Shown: one piece after another, positions 45,256 through 55,496 of the stretch
Layout of the letters: each line of letters opens with the position of its first letter
How positions within the stretch are numbered: the first letter of the stretch is position 1
NCBI GenBank assembly: GCA_965277595.1
Contig: CBDIDH010000002.1
Coordinates: forward strand, 2,893,737 to 2,957,736
Reading direction: 5' to 3'
DNA: 64,000 nucleotides
Source: Isosphaeraceae bacterium
GTDB lineage: Bacteria; Planctomycetota; Planctomycetia; Isosphaerales; Isosphaeraceae
Program-made: the position numbers and the translations under genes
Notes under the pieces: generated by a model
What the model was told of the DNA's origin: nothing
The model's database searches: none
Seen by the model: the letters and a program-made list of their open reading frames with translations, nothing else

Positions 45256-46568
45256 TCTGGCCCGGCCGAAGGCTGGCGCTGGCCTTGTTTGTCCCGGGCC
45301 TTCTGTCCCTGGGCCTCTTCGTCACCGAGACGCTCTGGCCGGCAATCGTCGGGCTGGATCTGGCAATTCTCCTGATCGCCGTCGGTGACCTTCTCACCTT
45401 GATCGGCGCGGGACGATTGCGGGCCGACCGACGTTGCGGAGGCGTCGCCAGTCTGGGCGAGGCTCAGGAGATCGAGCTTACCCTGGAAAACCTCGGCCGA
45501 TCGCGTCGCCTGATGCGTCTTCGCGACGACGTTCCCGACACGTTCACGGCGGAACCGGCCGAGTTCGTTGTTCTCGTCCCCCCGGCGAGCCTCGCGGTTC
45601 TTGTCTATCAGGTCGTGCCCCGAAGACGAGGGACGTACGCCTTTCGCCGGGTCGACGCCCTTGTCGGCAGTCGCCTCGGGTTCTGGCAGCGCTCGGTTTG
45701 GGTCCCTTGCGAAACCGAGGTTCAGGTCTACCCCGACGTCCGCCAGATTGCCCGGTATACGGTGCTCGCCCGACGCGACAAGCTGAGCATGCTCGGCGTT
45801 CGCGGGTCTCGAAAACTCGGCACGGATAACGAGTTTGAACGGCTCCGCGACTACAACGAAGGCGACGAGCCCCGCCACATGGACTGGCGCGCCAGCGCCC
45901 GACGTCGCAAGCTGACGGTCCGGGCGCATCAGGTCAACCAATCCCAGCGCCTGATTTTCCTGATCGATTGTGGTCGGATGATGGCCGGCGACACGGGCGA
46001 AGGGCTCTCGCCGCTCGACCACGCCCTGAACGCCATGCTGATGCTGGCTCATGTCGCCCTGATTCGCGGCGATCAGGTCGGTTTGCTGGCCTTTTCCGGG
46101 TCGGTGAAGGCGTATGTTCCTCCGGGCGGCGGCCCGAAACGAATCAACCGGATTGTCCACAGCGTCCACAACCTCTTTCCCGAGATGGTCGAGCCGCGCT
46201 ACGATCGGGCCTTCGTCGAGCTGGAAAAACGGTGTCGTAAACGCTCCCTCGTCATCCTGATGACGAACATCTTTGACGACGTGAACGCTCAGATCGTCGG
46301 CGATCACCTGAGCAACCTCGTCGGCAAGCATTTGCCGATGGGTGTTTTTCTCCGCGATCACGACATCTTCGCCCTGGCCGACAACGCCCCCGAGTCTGGT
46401 CCCGGTCTTTACACCGCCGCCGCCGCCGCCGCCCTGCTGAACTGGCGCGAGCGCGCCGTGGCCGGGTTGAGGCTGCGCGGCGTCTTGACGCTCGACGTTT
46501 TTCCCTCGGATTTGACCGCGCCGCTGATCAATCAATATCTACAGATCAAGGCGCGACACTTGCTTTGA
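45252..46568 (+). CDS. DUF58 domain-containing protein (VWA-like MoxR partner)
   Basis: ATGA overlap with moxR. Two N-terminal TM helices. FERLRDYNEGDEPRHMDWRASARR is the DUF58 signature, followed by a VWA-like region (IFLIDCGRMM). Confidence 0.85.
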   Translation: MIWPGRRLALALFVPGLLSLGLFVTETLWPAIVGLDLAILLIAVGDLLTLIGAGRLRADRRCGGVASLGEAQEIELTLENLGRSRRLMRLRDDVPDTFTAEPAEFVVLVPPASLAVLVYQVVPRRRGTYAFRRVDALVGSRLGFWQRSVWVPCETEVQVYPDVRQIARYTVLARRDKLSMLGVRGSRKLGTDNEFERLRDYNEGDEPRHMDWRASARRRKLTVRAHQVNQSQRLIFLIDCGRMMAGDTGEGLSPLDHALNAMLMLAHVALIRGDQVGLLAFSGSVKAYVPPGGGPKRINRIVHSVHNLFPEMVEPRYDRAFVELEKRCRKRSLVILMTNIFDDVNAQIVGDHLSNLVGKHLPMGVFLRDHDIFALADNAPESGPGLYTAAAAAALLNWRERAVAGLRLRGVLTLDVFPSDLTAPLINQYLQIKARHLL

Positions 46569-47223
46569 TCGGGTCGAGAATGCGTACCCGACGCCCTTCG
46601 ACCCGAACTTGCCCCGCGGCATAAAGCGCGATTGCCTCGGGAAGTGCGTCGCATTCGGCCTCAAAAACGCGGGCGGCCAGGGTTTTGGGTGTGTCGTCAA
46701 CGAGGACGGGAACCGTGCGCTGAAGGATGATCGGGCCTGTGTCGTAAGCGTCATCGGCGAAGTGGACGGTGCAACCGCTGATCTTCACGCCGGTCTCGAT
46801 CGCCGCCGCGTGAACGGCCTCGCCATGAAACCCCTTGCCGCTGAAGGCCGGGATGAGCGACGGATGGACGTTGATGACCTTCCCCTGATAATCCTTCGGA
46901 ATCCGCACGAGCGAGAGAAATCCACCAAGGATGACCAGGTCGGCCCCGCTCTCGCGGATCGGGTCGAAGACCGCTCGGCTGAACTCCGCGAGGGTCTTAC
47001 CTGATCGAATGGCGACCGTCACGGGAATTCGCGCTGCCTCGGCCCTCTCGATCGCGCCGACATCGGGGCGACTCGACACGACCCGGACAATGTCGGCCTT
47101 GAGTGATTGAGCTTTGATCCGATCGATCAGGTTTTGCAAGGTCGTGCCGCCCCCCGAGACGCAGACGGCCAGCCGGATCGGCGGATCGGCGATCGGCGGT
47201 TCGCGGGGCGGATTTCGATCCAT
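46546..47223 (-). CDS. purN: phosphoribosylglycinamide formyltransferase
   Basis: ATG at 47223. RLAVCVSGGGTTLQNL, LILGGFL, NVHPSLIPAFSGKG, SGCTVHFADDAYDTGPII. Confidence 0.9.
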   Translation of the reverse strand: MDRNPPREPPIADPPIRLAVCVSGGGTTLQNLIDRIKAQSLKADIVRVVSSRPDVGAIERAEAARIPVTVAIRSGKTLAEFSRAVFDPIRESGADLVILGGFLSLVRIPKDYQGKVINVHPSLIPAFSGKGFHGEAVHAAAIETGVKISGCTVHFADDAYDTGPIILQRTVPVLVDDTPKTLAARVFEAECDALPEAIALYAAGQVRVEGRRVRILDPIKASVAP

Positions 47224-47272
47224 CGTCGGAGCATCCGGGAAAGAGAGTTGACGCGCGATTTTGAGGTCTGCT

Positions 47273-50113
47273 TCAGACCCTGGAGCCGATCTCGGTAAGA
47301 ACCCAGGCGCAACGTTCGCAGAGCGTGGGATAATCGGCATTCGCGCCGACGGTTGGACGCAAATTCCAGCAACGCTCACACTTCGGATACGACGACTTGC
47401 GGGCCTGAATCTGAAGCGCAGGCAAATCCAGTCCGGCCGAGGCCTCTGTGGACAAGTGGTCGACGATCTCAAGGTCAGAGACCATGAGCAGGGTCGTCAA
47501 GAGCGCGCGGTTCTCAATGAGAAGCGTTTTCAGGTCGGCGTCGTCGGTCTTGAGGCTGACGACGGCCTCCTGGGCGCTGCCGATCGCTTTGGCGGCCCGG
47601 AGTTTTTCGAGAACGCGGAGGATCTCGTCGCGGACGGCCAGAAGGTTTTCCCAGCGCTTTTCGCGGTCCGGGTCATCGAAACTCGGATCGGCCTCGGGCC
47701 ATTCGGCGAGGTGAACACTGAACGGTTTGTTGGTCTCTCCGGGCAGGAAATCCCAGAGTTCCTCGGCCGTGTGCGGGATGATCGGCGCGAGCAAGCGCGT
47801 CAAATCCTCAAGCAACCTGGCCAGAACAAATTGTGCGGCGCGGCGGTCAAATCCAGCGGGCAACTCGGCGTAGAGGCGATCCTTGAGCACATCGAGATAG
47901 AGACTTGACAAGGTCACCGAGCAAAACTGATAGATTCGCTGGTAAACCTTGTAAAACTCGAACGATTCATACGCCGCGCGGACATCGCGGATCAGGTCAT
48001 TAAGCTGCCCGAGCGCCCAGCGGTCAATCTCGTGAAGCGTCGCCAGGTCGACCGAACGGGGATCGAACCCCGCGTAGTCGTTCAGGTTCCCCAGCAGGTA
48101 TCGGAAGGTGTTGCGAATCTTTCGATACGCTTCCGACATTTCCTTGATACCGCGCTCGCTCATCCGAACATCGTCGGAATAGTCCATGCTGGCGACGTAG
48201 AGCCGCAAGACATCGGCGCCATATTGCTCGGTCGCCTTCACGGCCGAGATCGTGTTGCCGACAGACTTGGACATCTTTTCCCCCTTGTCGTCGACGACGA
48301 ATCCATGCGTGAGCACGGTTTCAAAAGGGGCGCGGCCGGTACTGCCGACCGACGTCAGGATTGACGACTGGAACCAGCCGCGATGCTGGTCCGAGCCTTC
48401 CAGGTACATGAACGCGGGCGAACCGCCGAGGCCATAGCTCGGCTCGTCGAGCACCGCCCGGTGGCTGGAACCGGACTCGAACCAGACGTCGAGGATGTCG
48501 CCTTCCTTGCGAAAGTCCGTGCCGCCGCAATCGGGACAGGATGCGCCTGGCGGCTTGAGCTCCTCGACGGGTCGTCGGAACCAGGCATCGGCCCCTTCCT
48601 CGCGGAAGAGGTCGCGGAAGTGCCGGGCGGTCTCGGCGTTGAGAAGCTGCGTGCCGCAGATCGTGCAGCCGAGGGCGGGGATCGGCACGCCCCAGGAGCG
48701 CTGTCGGCTGATGCACCAGTCGGGGCGAAGCGAGACCATCGCGTCGATCCGCGACCGGCCCCAGGCGGGAAGCCAGGTCACGCCGTCGATTGCCGCGAGG
48801 GTTCGGCCACGAAGGTCGTTGCGATCAACACCGACGAACCATTGCTCGGTCGCCCGGAAAATCACCGGCTTCTTGCAGCGCCAGCAGTGCGGATAACTGT
48901 GCGCGAACGAGAGATCATGATAGAGGTTGCCCGACTCGCGAAGGTGCGCGATAACGACCGGATTGGCCGCGAAAACCGTCTTGCCGACGAGCCAATCGGG
49001 AGCCTCCTCGGTGAATCGGCCTCCGGCGTCGACGGGACTCAGCGTCGGCAGTTGATACGCGCGGCCGGTCTGATAATCCTCGGCTCCATGCCCCGGCGCG
49101 GTGTGAACAAGGCCCGTGCCGTCGTCGACGGTCACATACGCCGCCAGAACCACCGGGCTGGTTCGGTCGATGAACGGATGCCGGTACGTCACGCCTTCGA
49201 GGGTTCGTCCCTTGACCCGGCCGACCTCCTGAAAATCCGAGACGTTTCGCAAGGCCATGACCTTCGAGACAAGATCCGCCGCGAGGACGGTCTGGACGGT
49301 CTGGCCTGAGGTCGGATCGACGTAACGGACCCCCGCGTAATCGAGGTCGGGATGCGCGGCGATCGCGACGTTGGCGGGGAGGGTCCAGGGGGTCGTCGTC
49401 CAGATCATCGCCTGCCAGGGGGCATCACCCCACGATTCGGGCAGGCCCGCGACGACCGGAAAATTGACATATAGGCTGGGCGAGATCTCGTCCTTGTACT
49501 CAAGCTCGGCCTCGGCGAGCGCCGTGCGGTCGGTGATACACCAGTGGATCGGTTTGAGCTGCCGGAAGACGTAACCGCCTTCCAGGAGGTCGGCCAGGAC
49601 GTCGATGATTCCAGATTCGTAGCGTGGATCGAGAGTCAGATAAGGGTTTTCCCAGTCGCCGGAAACGCCGAGTCGCTTGAACTGATCGCGCTGAATGCCG
49701 ACCCATTTCAGGGCCTCGACATGGCAGAGTTCGCGAACCTCCTGATGGCTCATCGACGCGGCTTTTGAGCCGAGGTCTTTCATGACCTTATGTTCGATTG
49801 GCAAGCCGTGACAGTCCCAGCCGGGAACATAGGGGCTGTCAAACCCTCGCATCGTGAGGGATCGGGCGACGAAATCCTTGAGCACCTTGTTGAGGAGGTG
49901 CCCCATGTGAATCTCGCCGTTCGCATACGGGGGGCCGTCGTGAAGGACCTTTCGGTCTCGGCCGAAGCGCGATCCGCGAAGGCGTTCGTAAAGGCCGGAC
50001 TCTTGCCAGCGGGCCTGAATCTGAGGCTCACGCGTGGTCAGGTTGGCCTTCATCTCGAACCGGGTCACCGGCAGATTCAGCGTCTCTTTGTAAGGCCTGG
50101 CGTTGGTGGACAT
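47273..50113 (-). CDS. ileS: isoleucine--tRNA ligase
   Basis: ATG at 50113. HDGPPYANGEIHMGH (HIGH), KMSKS, and a C-terminal zinc finger CERCW...CERC. About 946 aa. Confidence 0.96.
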   Translation of the reverse strand: MSTNARPYKETLNLPVTRFEMKANLTTREPQIQARWQESGLYERLRGSRFGRDRKVLHDGPPYANGEIHMGHLLNKVLKDFVARSLTMRGFDSPYVPGWDCHGLPIEHKVMKDLGSKAASMSHQEVRELCHVEALKWVGIQRDQFKRLGVSGDWENPYLTLDPRYESGIIDVLADLLEGGYVFRQLKPIHWCITDRTALAEAELEYKDEISPSLYVNFPVVAGLPESWGDAPWQAMIWTTTPWTLPANVAIAAHPDLDYAGVRYVDPTSGQTVQTVLAADLVSKVMALRNVSDFQEVGRVKGRTLEGVTYRHPFIDRTSPVVLAAYVTVDDGTGLVHTAPGHGAEDYQTGRAYQLPTLSPVDAGGRFTEEAPDWLVGKTVFAANPVVIAHLRESGNLYHDLSFAHSYPHCWRCKKPVIFRATEQWFVGVDRNDLRGRTLAAIDGVTWLPAWGRSRIDAMVSLRPDWCISRQRSWGVPIPALGCTICGTQLLNAETARHFRDLFREEGADAWFRRPVEELKPPGASCPDCGGTDFRKEGDILDVWFESGSSHRAVLDEPSYGLGGSPAFMYLEGSDQHRGWFQSSILTSVGSTGRAPFETVLTHGFVVDDKGEKMSKSVGNTISAVKATEQYGADVLRLYVASMDYSDDVRMSERGIKEMSEAYRKIRNTFRYLLGNLNDYAGFDPRSVDLATLHEIDRWALGQLNDLIRDVRAAYESFEFYKVYQRIYQFCSVTLSSLYLDVLKDRLYAELPAGFDRRAAQFVLARLLEDLTRLLAPIIPHTAEELWDFLPGETNKPFSVHLAEWPEADPSFDDPDREKRWENLLAVRDEILRVLEKLRAAKAIGSAQEAVVSLKTDDADLKTLLIENRALLTTLLMVSDLEIVDHLSTEASAGLDLPALQIQARKSSYPKCERCWNLRPTVGANADYPTLCERCAWVLTEIGSRV

Positions 50114-50192
50114 GCGCAGTCGTTCAAATTTCTTTGAAGGGACAGAGAAGAATACGTTCGGCGCTTCAGGTGCGCCCCTGGTTTTCTGAGTC

Positions 50193-51032
50193 TTAGAAAG
50201 AGGCCACGTCCAACCGTTCCAGCACCCGGCTGACGATCGTTCGAAGCTTCGCCTCGGCCTGTTCGGCCACGGCCACGATTTCCTCGTGACTGACCGGCAC
50301 CAGGGCATCGGCCAGGCAGATGTCCGTGACGATCGAGAAGCCAAGAACTTTAAGCCCGGCATGAACGGCGACGAGAACCTCGGGAACGGTCGACATGCCG
50401 ACGACGTCGGCGCCGATGCCGCGAAGGTATCGGTACTCGGCGCGCGTTTCCAGGTTCGGACCGGTCACCGCCACATAGACTCCGCGATGCGCCACGATGT
50501 TCGCTTCGAGCGCGGCCCGAAGCGCCTGATCTTGCAAGGTCTTGTCGTAAGGTTCGATCAGGTCGGGAAATCGAGTGCCGAGCCGATCGTCGTTTGGACC
50601 AATCAGAGGATTGAGGCCGGTGAGGTTGATGTGATCCTCGATGACCACGAGGTCGCCCTTGCGGTGCATCGGGTTCAGACCGCCGGCCGCGTTCGAGACG
50701 ATCAGGATCTTGCAGCCGAGTTCCTTCATGACCCGGATCGGAAAGGTCACCTGCGCGGGGGTGTAACCCTCATAAAGGTGGAACCGCCCTTCCATCGCCA
50801 TGACCGTCTGGCCAGAGAGTTTGCCGCAGACGAGTTGTCCCGCGTGGCCGAGAACGGTGGACCGAGGAAAGAAAGGGATCTCGGGATAGGGAATCGTGGC
50901 CTCGGCGACGATCTCCCGGGCGAGGGCGCCCAGACCCGTGCCGAGGATCAGGCCAACCCGGGGCGTGCCCGACCAGCGCGCCCGGACGGACGCGCTCGCC
51001 TGTTGAACGTCTACCCAGCGATGATGCGGCAT
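50193..51032 (-). CDS. purine nucleoside phosphorylase (trimeric PNP/PunA type)
   Basis: ATG at 51032. LILGTGLGALA, GHAGQLVCG, MEGRFHLYEGY, VSNAAGGLNP, GPNLETRAEYR, GADVVGMSTVPEV. Confidence 0.87.
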   Translation of the reverse strand: MPHHRWVDVQQASASVRARWSGTPRVGLILGTGLGALAREIVAEATIPYPEIPFFPRSTVLGHAGQLVCGKLSGQTVMAMEGRFHLYEGYTPAQVTFPIRVMKELGCKILIVSNAAGGLNPMHRKGDLVVIEDHINLTGLNPLIGPNDDRLGTRFPDLIEPYDKTLQDQALRAALEANIVAHRGVYVAVTGPNLETRAEYRYLRGIGADVVGMSTVPEVLVAVHAGLKVLGFSIVTDICLADALVPVSHEEIVAVAEQAEAKLRTIVSRVLERLDVASF

Positions 51033-51178
51033 CGGGGCCGGGTCGGTGGCCAAGGGGCGACGACTCCTCTCGAATCGAATCCGACCGGAAAGACAAGAGA
51101 CAGCCACGCTCCGACGCGAGCCGACTCGCTAGGTGGCGATATTTGTCGGCGCTCGTCCGATCGTTGGAGCCGAGTCGG

Positions 51179-51607
51179 TCAGAACCGGCGAAGCAGGCGG
51201 ATAAATCGGGGATCGTGGCGGAGGGACTTCAGGTCGGGGTCGCGGCGAAGGTGGGCATAATGCCGATAGCCGAGTTCGAGCGCCCGTTGCAGGGCCGCGA
51301 TCGCCGGGTCGGTCATCCCGAGCAAGGCATAGCTACAGGCCAGGTTATACCAGGGGATCGCCCGATCGGGTAAGAGGCGGACAAGCCGGCGGTCCATCTG
51401 GAGCGCCCGGCCGTAATGCCCCTTCGCGGCGAGGTTATTGGCGTGGACGCGCAGAGCGTCCGCGAAAAAGGGATCACGTTCGAGAATCCGGCCGAGAAAT
51501 TCCAGCTCAAAATCGAGCTGGCTTTGCTCGCGGAGTCGTCGCGTGGAGGTTTCGGGAGCCTGGCCCTCGGAAGAGGGTTCGCCCGGACGTTCATGGGGTG
51601 CGGCCAT
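51179..51607 (-). CDS. TPR-like repeat protein (142 aa)
   Basis: WYNLACSYALLG...AIAALQRALELGY...DPDLKSLRHDPRF is the typical terminal TPR motif. Confidence 0.6.
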   Translation of the reverse strand: MAAPHERPGEPSSEGQAPETSTRRLREQSQLDFELEFLGRILERDPFFADALRVHANNLAAKGHYGRALQMDRRLVRLLPDRAIPWYNLACSYALLGMTDPAIAALQRALELGYRHYAHLRRDPDLKSLRHDPRFIRLLRRF

Positions 51608-51969
51608 CGTTGTGACGCTCCCTTTCCCGGCTCATGCCTTGGTGCCCCCAGATTCCCCCGATCTTCCGCGCGCGGGGAACCGGTGCGTTGCAAAGCACAA
51701 AGGATAGCCGGAATGAGTCTCGGCCGACAAGCAAAAGTTCACGAAATCGCAAAAGAACGTTGTCCAAAGCGACACTTCGACCCACTCTTCCCACCCCAAA
51801 ACGATCTCACCGCGGTGGCATTGTGAGAATCAAGCCCGTTCCAGAGTCTTCCCATTGATTCCAAAAAGGTGCGGAGCAGTCTGTCAACTTCCACGCGAGC
51901 AAACTGTCCCGCGATCAGACCACTCCGCGTTTTTTGAGAACCTTGGGATTTCGTCAGGGACGGTCGGCG

Positions 51970-52332
51970 TCAAAGTTCCTCGTCTTCGGCGTCGTCTTCT
52001 TCATCGTCATCGAGGTCGTCGAGATCGTCGTCGTCATCGAGATCCTCGTCGTCCTCAACGTCAATGTCGTCGATCTCGTCGTCGAGGTCCTCGTCGAAGT
52101 CTTCCTCGTCGTCGTCTTCTTCGAGGTCGTCGTCGAGGTCATCCTCGTCGTCGAGATCATCGTCGAGGTCGTCGTCTTCCTCGTCGTCGTCGACGTCCTC
52201 GTCGAAGTCCTCTTCCTCTTCACCCGGATGACGGTCGTCGATCACGGGGGGGGCAGACCGATCGACCCAGCTTGGGGCGAGAGTGGTCGGCTTTTCGAGG
52301 AGTGTCGCCAGCGATTCCAGACGGTCCCACAT
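51970..52332 (-). CDS. hyper-acidic protein (35-aa N-terminal head + ~85-aa Asp/Glu tract)
   Basis: ATG at 52332, 9 nt after GAGGA. The third codon position is mostly C in this frame (GAC/GAT/GAG/GAA/CTC), consistent with genome codon bias. Competing plus-strand frames give poly-Val or poly-Arg nonsense. Confidence 0.6.
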   Translation of the reverse strand: MWDRLESLATLLEKPTTLAPSWVDRSAPPVIDDRHPGEEEEDFDEDVDDDEEDDDLDDDLDDEDDLDDDLEEDDDEEDFDEDLDDEIDDIDVEDDEDLDDDDDLDDLDDDEEDDAEDEEL

Positions 52333-52541
52333 TGGGTCGGTCCTCAGGCCAAAAGTTCCAAGGGGGTTCGCCCCACCTCAGTGCAATGCGATGCGATGCG
52401 AAAGCCGGTCAAGCCCACCCTCTTGATCGCCGAGATTGCCGCGATCGGAGACATAGAGGTAGTCAAGGCGGCGAATGATTGTCAAGCGGGGAATTCATGG
52501 AAATCGTCTTACCACAACAGTATCGATCAATCGCCGGGCGA

Positions 52542-53543
52542 TCATGAGAGCCGGACGACCTGGCCGGTCGAGGCCGACCGGGCAATCGCCTCCAGAAGAC
52601 GGACCGTATCGACGGCCGCTTCGGCCGGGCAACAAAGAGGCGTCTCGGCGGTGATCGCGGCCACGAAGTTGCCGTCAATCGTTTCGGTCGCCTCGGAAAG
52701 TTCGACACGTTGCGCGGGGGCCGAGCCGATCTGCTCTTCAAGCGATTCCTCAGTGACCCGAATCCGACCGCCTTCGCCGAACAAGGTCAGCTCGAACGCG
52801 GAGGTCGCTGAAACGCCCGAAATCGCGAGCGTGGCCGGAGTTCCGTCGGCTAGTCGAATGGCCGCGGCGGTAACCAGGTCAAGCCCCGATTCCAGGCGGT
52901 TTTGCACCGCGGCGGCTTCCAACGCGACCTGACCGGTCACCCAGATCAGGGCGTCAATCAGGTGGTCGCCCGAGTCCGCGAGAATCCCGCCTCCAGCGAG
53001 TTTGGGATCAAACCGCCACTGGTTCTCATCGCCTCCGTGAGACTCAAGCCACGGTTGCGCCAGAACTCCGGTCACCAGTCTGAGAGGCCCGACCGCCCCG
53101 TCGGCCAGGCGTTTGCGGGCCTCGATCAGGCTTGGCCTGAGTCGGAACTGATGGCCGACGCCCACCTTCAGATTACGACCGCGCGCCAGGCCAGCGATGT
53201 CGACCGCTTCCTGAACATTGGTCGAGAGTGGTTTTTCAATGAAAACGTGGCAACCGGCCTGCAAGGCGTCCATCGCGGGGCGGTAATGGGCGACGTGAGG
53301 CGTGAAAATGGCCACGGCGTCGGGCGAAAGCTGGCGGACAAGGTCGCGCAGGTCGGCGAAGATTTGCGCCGGGGCCTGCCCCTCAACGCCGGGGACCTGA
53401 GCGGCCAGGGCGCTGGCTCGATCGGAGTCCGGGTCAGCGCAAGCGACGACCGTGACGCCGGGCAGGGCGATCAGGCGGTCAAGATGCACACGCGCCGCGT
53501 GGCCGCAACCGGCGATTCCGATCCGAAGGGTCGTGTTGGACAT
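52542..53543 (-). CDS. Gfo/Idh/MocA family oxidoreductase
   Basis: ATG at 53543. Rossmann N-terminus LRIGIAGCGHAARVHL, EKPL motif (FIEKPLS). Confidence 0.85.
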   Translation of the reverse strand: MSNTTLRIGIAGCGHAARVHLDRLIALPGVTVVACADPDSDRASALAAQVPGVEGQAPAQIFADLRDLVRQLSPDAVAIFTPHVAHYRPAMDALQAGCHVFIEKPLSTNVQEAVDIAGLARGRNLKVGVGHQFRLRPSLIEARKRLADGAVGPLRLVTGVLAQPWLESHGGDENQWRFDPKLAGGGILADSGDHLIDALIWVTGQVALEAAAVQNRLESGLDLVTAAAIRLADGTPATLAISGVSATSAFELTLFGEGGRIRVTEESLEEQIGSAPAQRVELSEATETIDGNFVAAITAETPLCCPAEAAVDTVRLLEAIARSASTGQVVRLS

Positions 53544-54028
53544 TCCAGGCCACTCCAGAGTCGACCGCTCGGCCCCAAAACTCCGCCTTTCGCGGGACGC
53601 CACCATCCCAGCAATCGCCCGCCCCCGAGTCAAGTGATTATCGGACCTGGTCAAGCCCTAATCCTCGATTTCCAGAGGAGGTTGCGAGGACGCCCGGCGT
53701 GTGCGCCCCCCTCTCGGGCCACGGGGGTAATCTACCACGCTTCCCTTCTCTTGCTCGGGAATCGCCAAGATTCTTCGATTCCGGTGGTCTTCGGGACGCG
53801 GGCCGTTCATTTAAGTCCTCGTCCCACAAGAACCAGGGTCGATATCGCCTCACGATCTCAAACGAGACGAGGTCGGAAGGCCCTCGAAATCTCCGATCAC
53901 CGCGACCATGATGAAACCGGGTGGTTAACCCTCTTCTTAAAAGGCCCTTTGCAACGCTCAAGAACCGCCGAGGTTGACTCCCCTTTTTTCGCCGTCACTT
54001 TTTAACCCAGGTCCAGCGAGCCAGGCCG

Positions 54029-55405
54029 ATGAATCAGTCTCCAAAATCGTCGCGGTCTCCGTCACGGCGTCGTTTTCTCAAGGGGACGGCGAAGCTGGCG
54101 GCGGCCGGTTTTGCCTTTCCGGCGATCGTCCCCGGCTCGGCGCTCGGGCGCAACGGCAAGGTCGCCCCGAACGAGCGAATCAACCTCGGCGTGATCGGCA
54201 CGGGCAACCAGGGGTTTAACGACCTCCGGTCCTTTCTTCGGGACGAGCGCGTCCAGATCGTCGCCGTCTGCGACGTGAACCGTGAAAGCCCCGGCTACTG
54301 GGATGGCAAGATTGGCGGTCGAGAACCCGCGAAACGGCTTGTCGACGAGCATTATTCCAGGGGTGAGAACGCCAGGGGCTGCGCGGCTTATGTGGATTTT
54401 CGGGAGATTCTGGACCGCGAGGACATCGATGCCGTCGAGGTTTGCACGCCCGACCACTGGCACGCGATCCCCGTGATTGAAGCCTGCAAGGCGAAGAAGG
54501 ACATTTATTGCCAGAAGCCGCTTGCGCTGACCGTGGCCGAGGGGCGGGCGATGAGTTTTGCCGTGAATAAACACAAGGTGATCTTTCAGACAGGGAGTCA
54601 GCAGCGGTCCGACCCGAATTTCCGACGCGCCTGCGAGATCGTGCGCAACGGTCGCATCGGCAAACTCCAGACGGTCCGCGTGGGCCTGCCCGGCGGCCGA
54701 TCCGACTACGCGAAATCGGGCGACCACAAGGCCCCGCAACCGGTTCCCGACGGGTTCGAGTACGAACGCTGGCTCGGACCCGCGCCCGAGGCTCCCTACA
54801 CCCCCGCGCGTTGTCACGTCAATTTCCGCTGGATTCTTGATTATTCAGGAGGTCAGGTCACCGACTGGGGCGGCCACCATCCCGACTGTGCCCAGTGGGG
54901 CATGGGAACCGAGTTGACAGGCCCCGTCGCCTTCCGCAACGTGAAAGGGTCGTTCCCTCCCGACCCGCTCTGGAACACGGCGACCGAGTTTTCGTTCGAG
55001 GCCGTTTACGAGAATGGCGTCAGAATGCTCATCTCCAACACGGAAAAAATGGGCGTGACCTTCAACGGCTCCGAGGGGACCGTCCACGTCAACCGGGGCC
55101 ACTTCGAGACTGATCCCGTCTCGCTTCGAGACACGGTGATCGGTCCCGACGAGATCCACCTTTACAAGAGCGACGACCACTTCCGCAACTTCATTGACTG
55201 CGTCCTCTCGCGCGAGCCGACCGCCGCGCCGGTTGAGGTCGCGCACCGATCGATCACGATCTGCCACCTCGGCAACATCGCGATGCGCCTTGGCCGTACC
55301 GAACTGCGCTGGGACCCGAGAACCGAGCGCATCCTCGGCGACGATGAGGCGAACGCGATGCTCAGCCGACCGTATCGCGACCCCTGGAAACTCCCCGAAG
55401 TCTAG
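54029..55405 (+). CDS. Gfo/Idh/MocA family oxidoreductase with Tat signal
   Basis: The twin-arginine signal SRRRFLKGTAKLAAAGFAF, INLGVIGTGNQG and YCQKPL are typical of periplasmic planctomycete Gfo/Idh/MocA proteins. Confidence 0.87.
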   Translation: MNQSPKSSRSPSRRRFLKGTAKLAAAGFAFPAIVPGSALGRNGKVAPNERINLGVIGTGNQGFNDLRSFLRDERVQIVAVCDVNRESPGYWDGKIGGREPAKRLVDEHYSRGENARGCAAYVDFREILDREDIDAVEVCTPDHWHAIPVIEACKAKKDIYCQKPLALTVAEGRAMSFAVNKHKVIFQTGSQQRSDPNFRRACEIVRNGRIGKLQTVRVGLPGGRSDYAKSGDHKAPQPVPDGFEYERWLGPAPEAPYTPARCHVNFRWILDYSGGQVTDWGGHHPDCAQWGMGTELTGPVAFRNVKGSFPPDPLWNTATEFSFEAVYENGVRMLISNTEKMGVTFNGSEGTVHVNRGHFETDPVSLRDTVIGPDEIHLYKSDDHFRNFIDCVLSREPTAAPVEVAHRSITICHLGNIAMRLGRTELRWDPRTERILGDDEANAMLSRPYRDPWKLPEV

Positions 55406-55496
55406 ATTTCGGTTCGCTTCGACTGGCTTCGTTTTCCAAAAACGCCATGCCTCGGCCGAGGTCCAACGGGGTGAACGCCCTGGAAGTGAACGATTG

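Noticed and set aside
44044-46535. Minus-strand ORFs 44044..45159 and 45129..46535
   Set aside because: They are antisense to MoxR and DUF58, which carry unambiguous Walker and DUF58 motifs.
51855-52932. Plus-strand ORFs 51855..52478 (poly-Arg) and 51934..52932 (poly-Val/Ile/Glu)
   Set aside because: These are frame artefacts of the GAC/GAG-repeat DNA encoding the hyper-acidic protein on the minus strand. The second also runs antisense into the Gfo/Idh/MocA gene.
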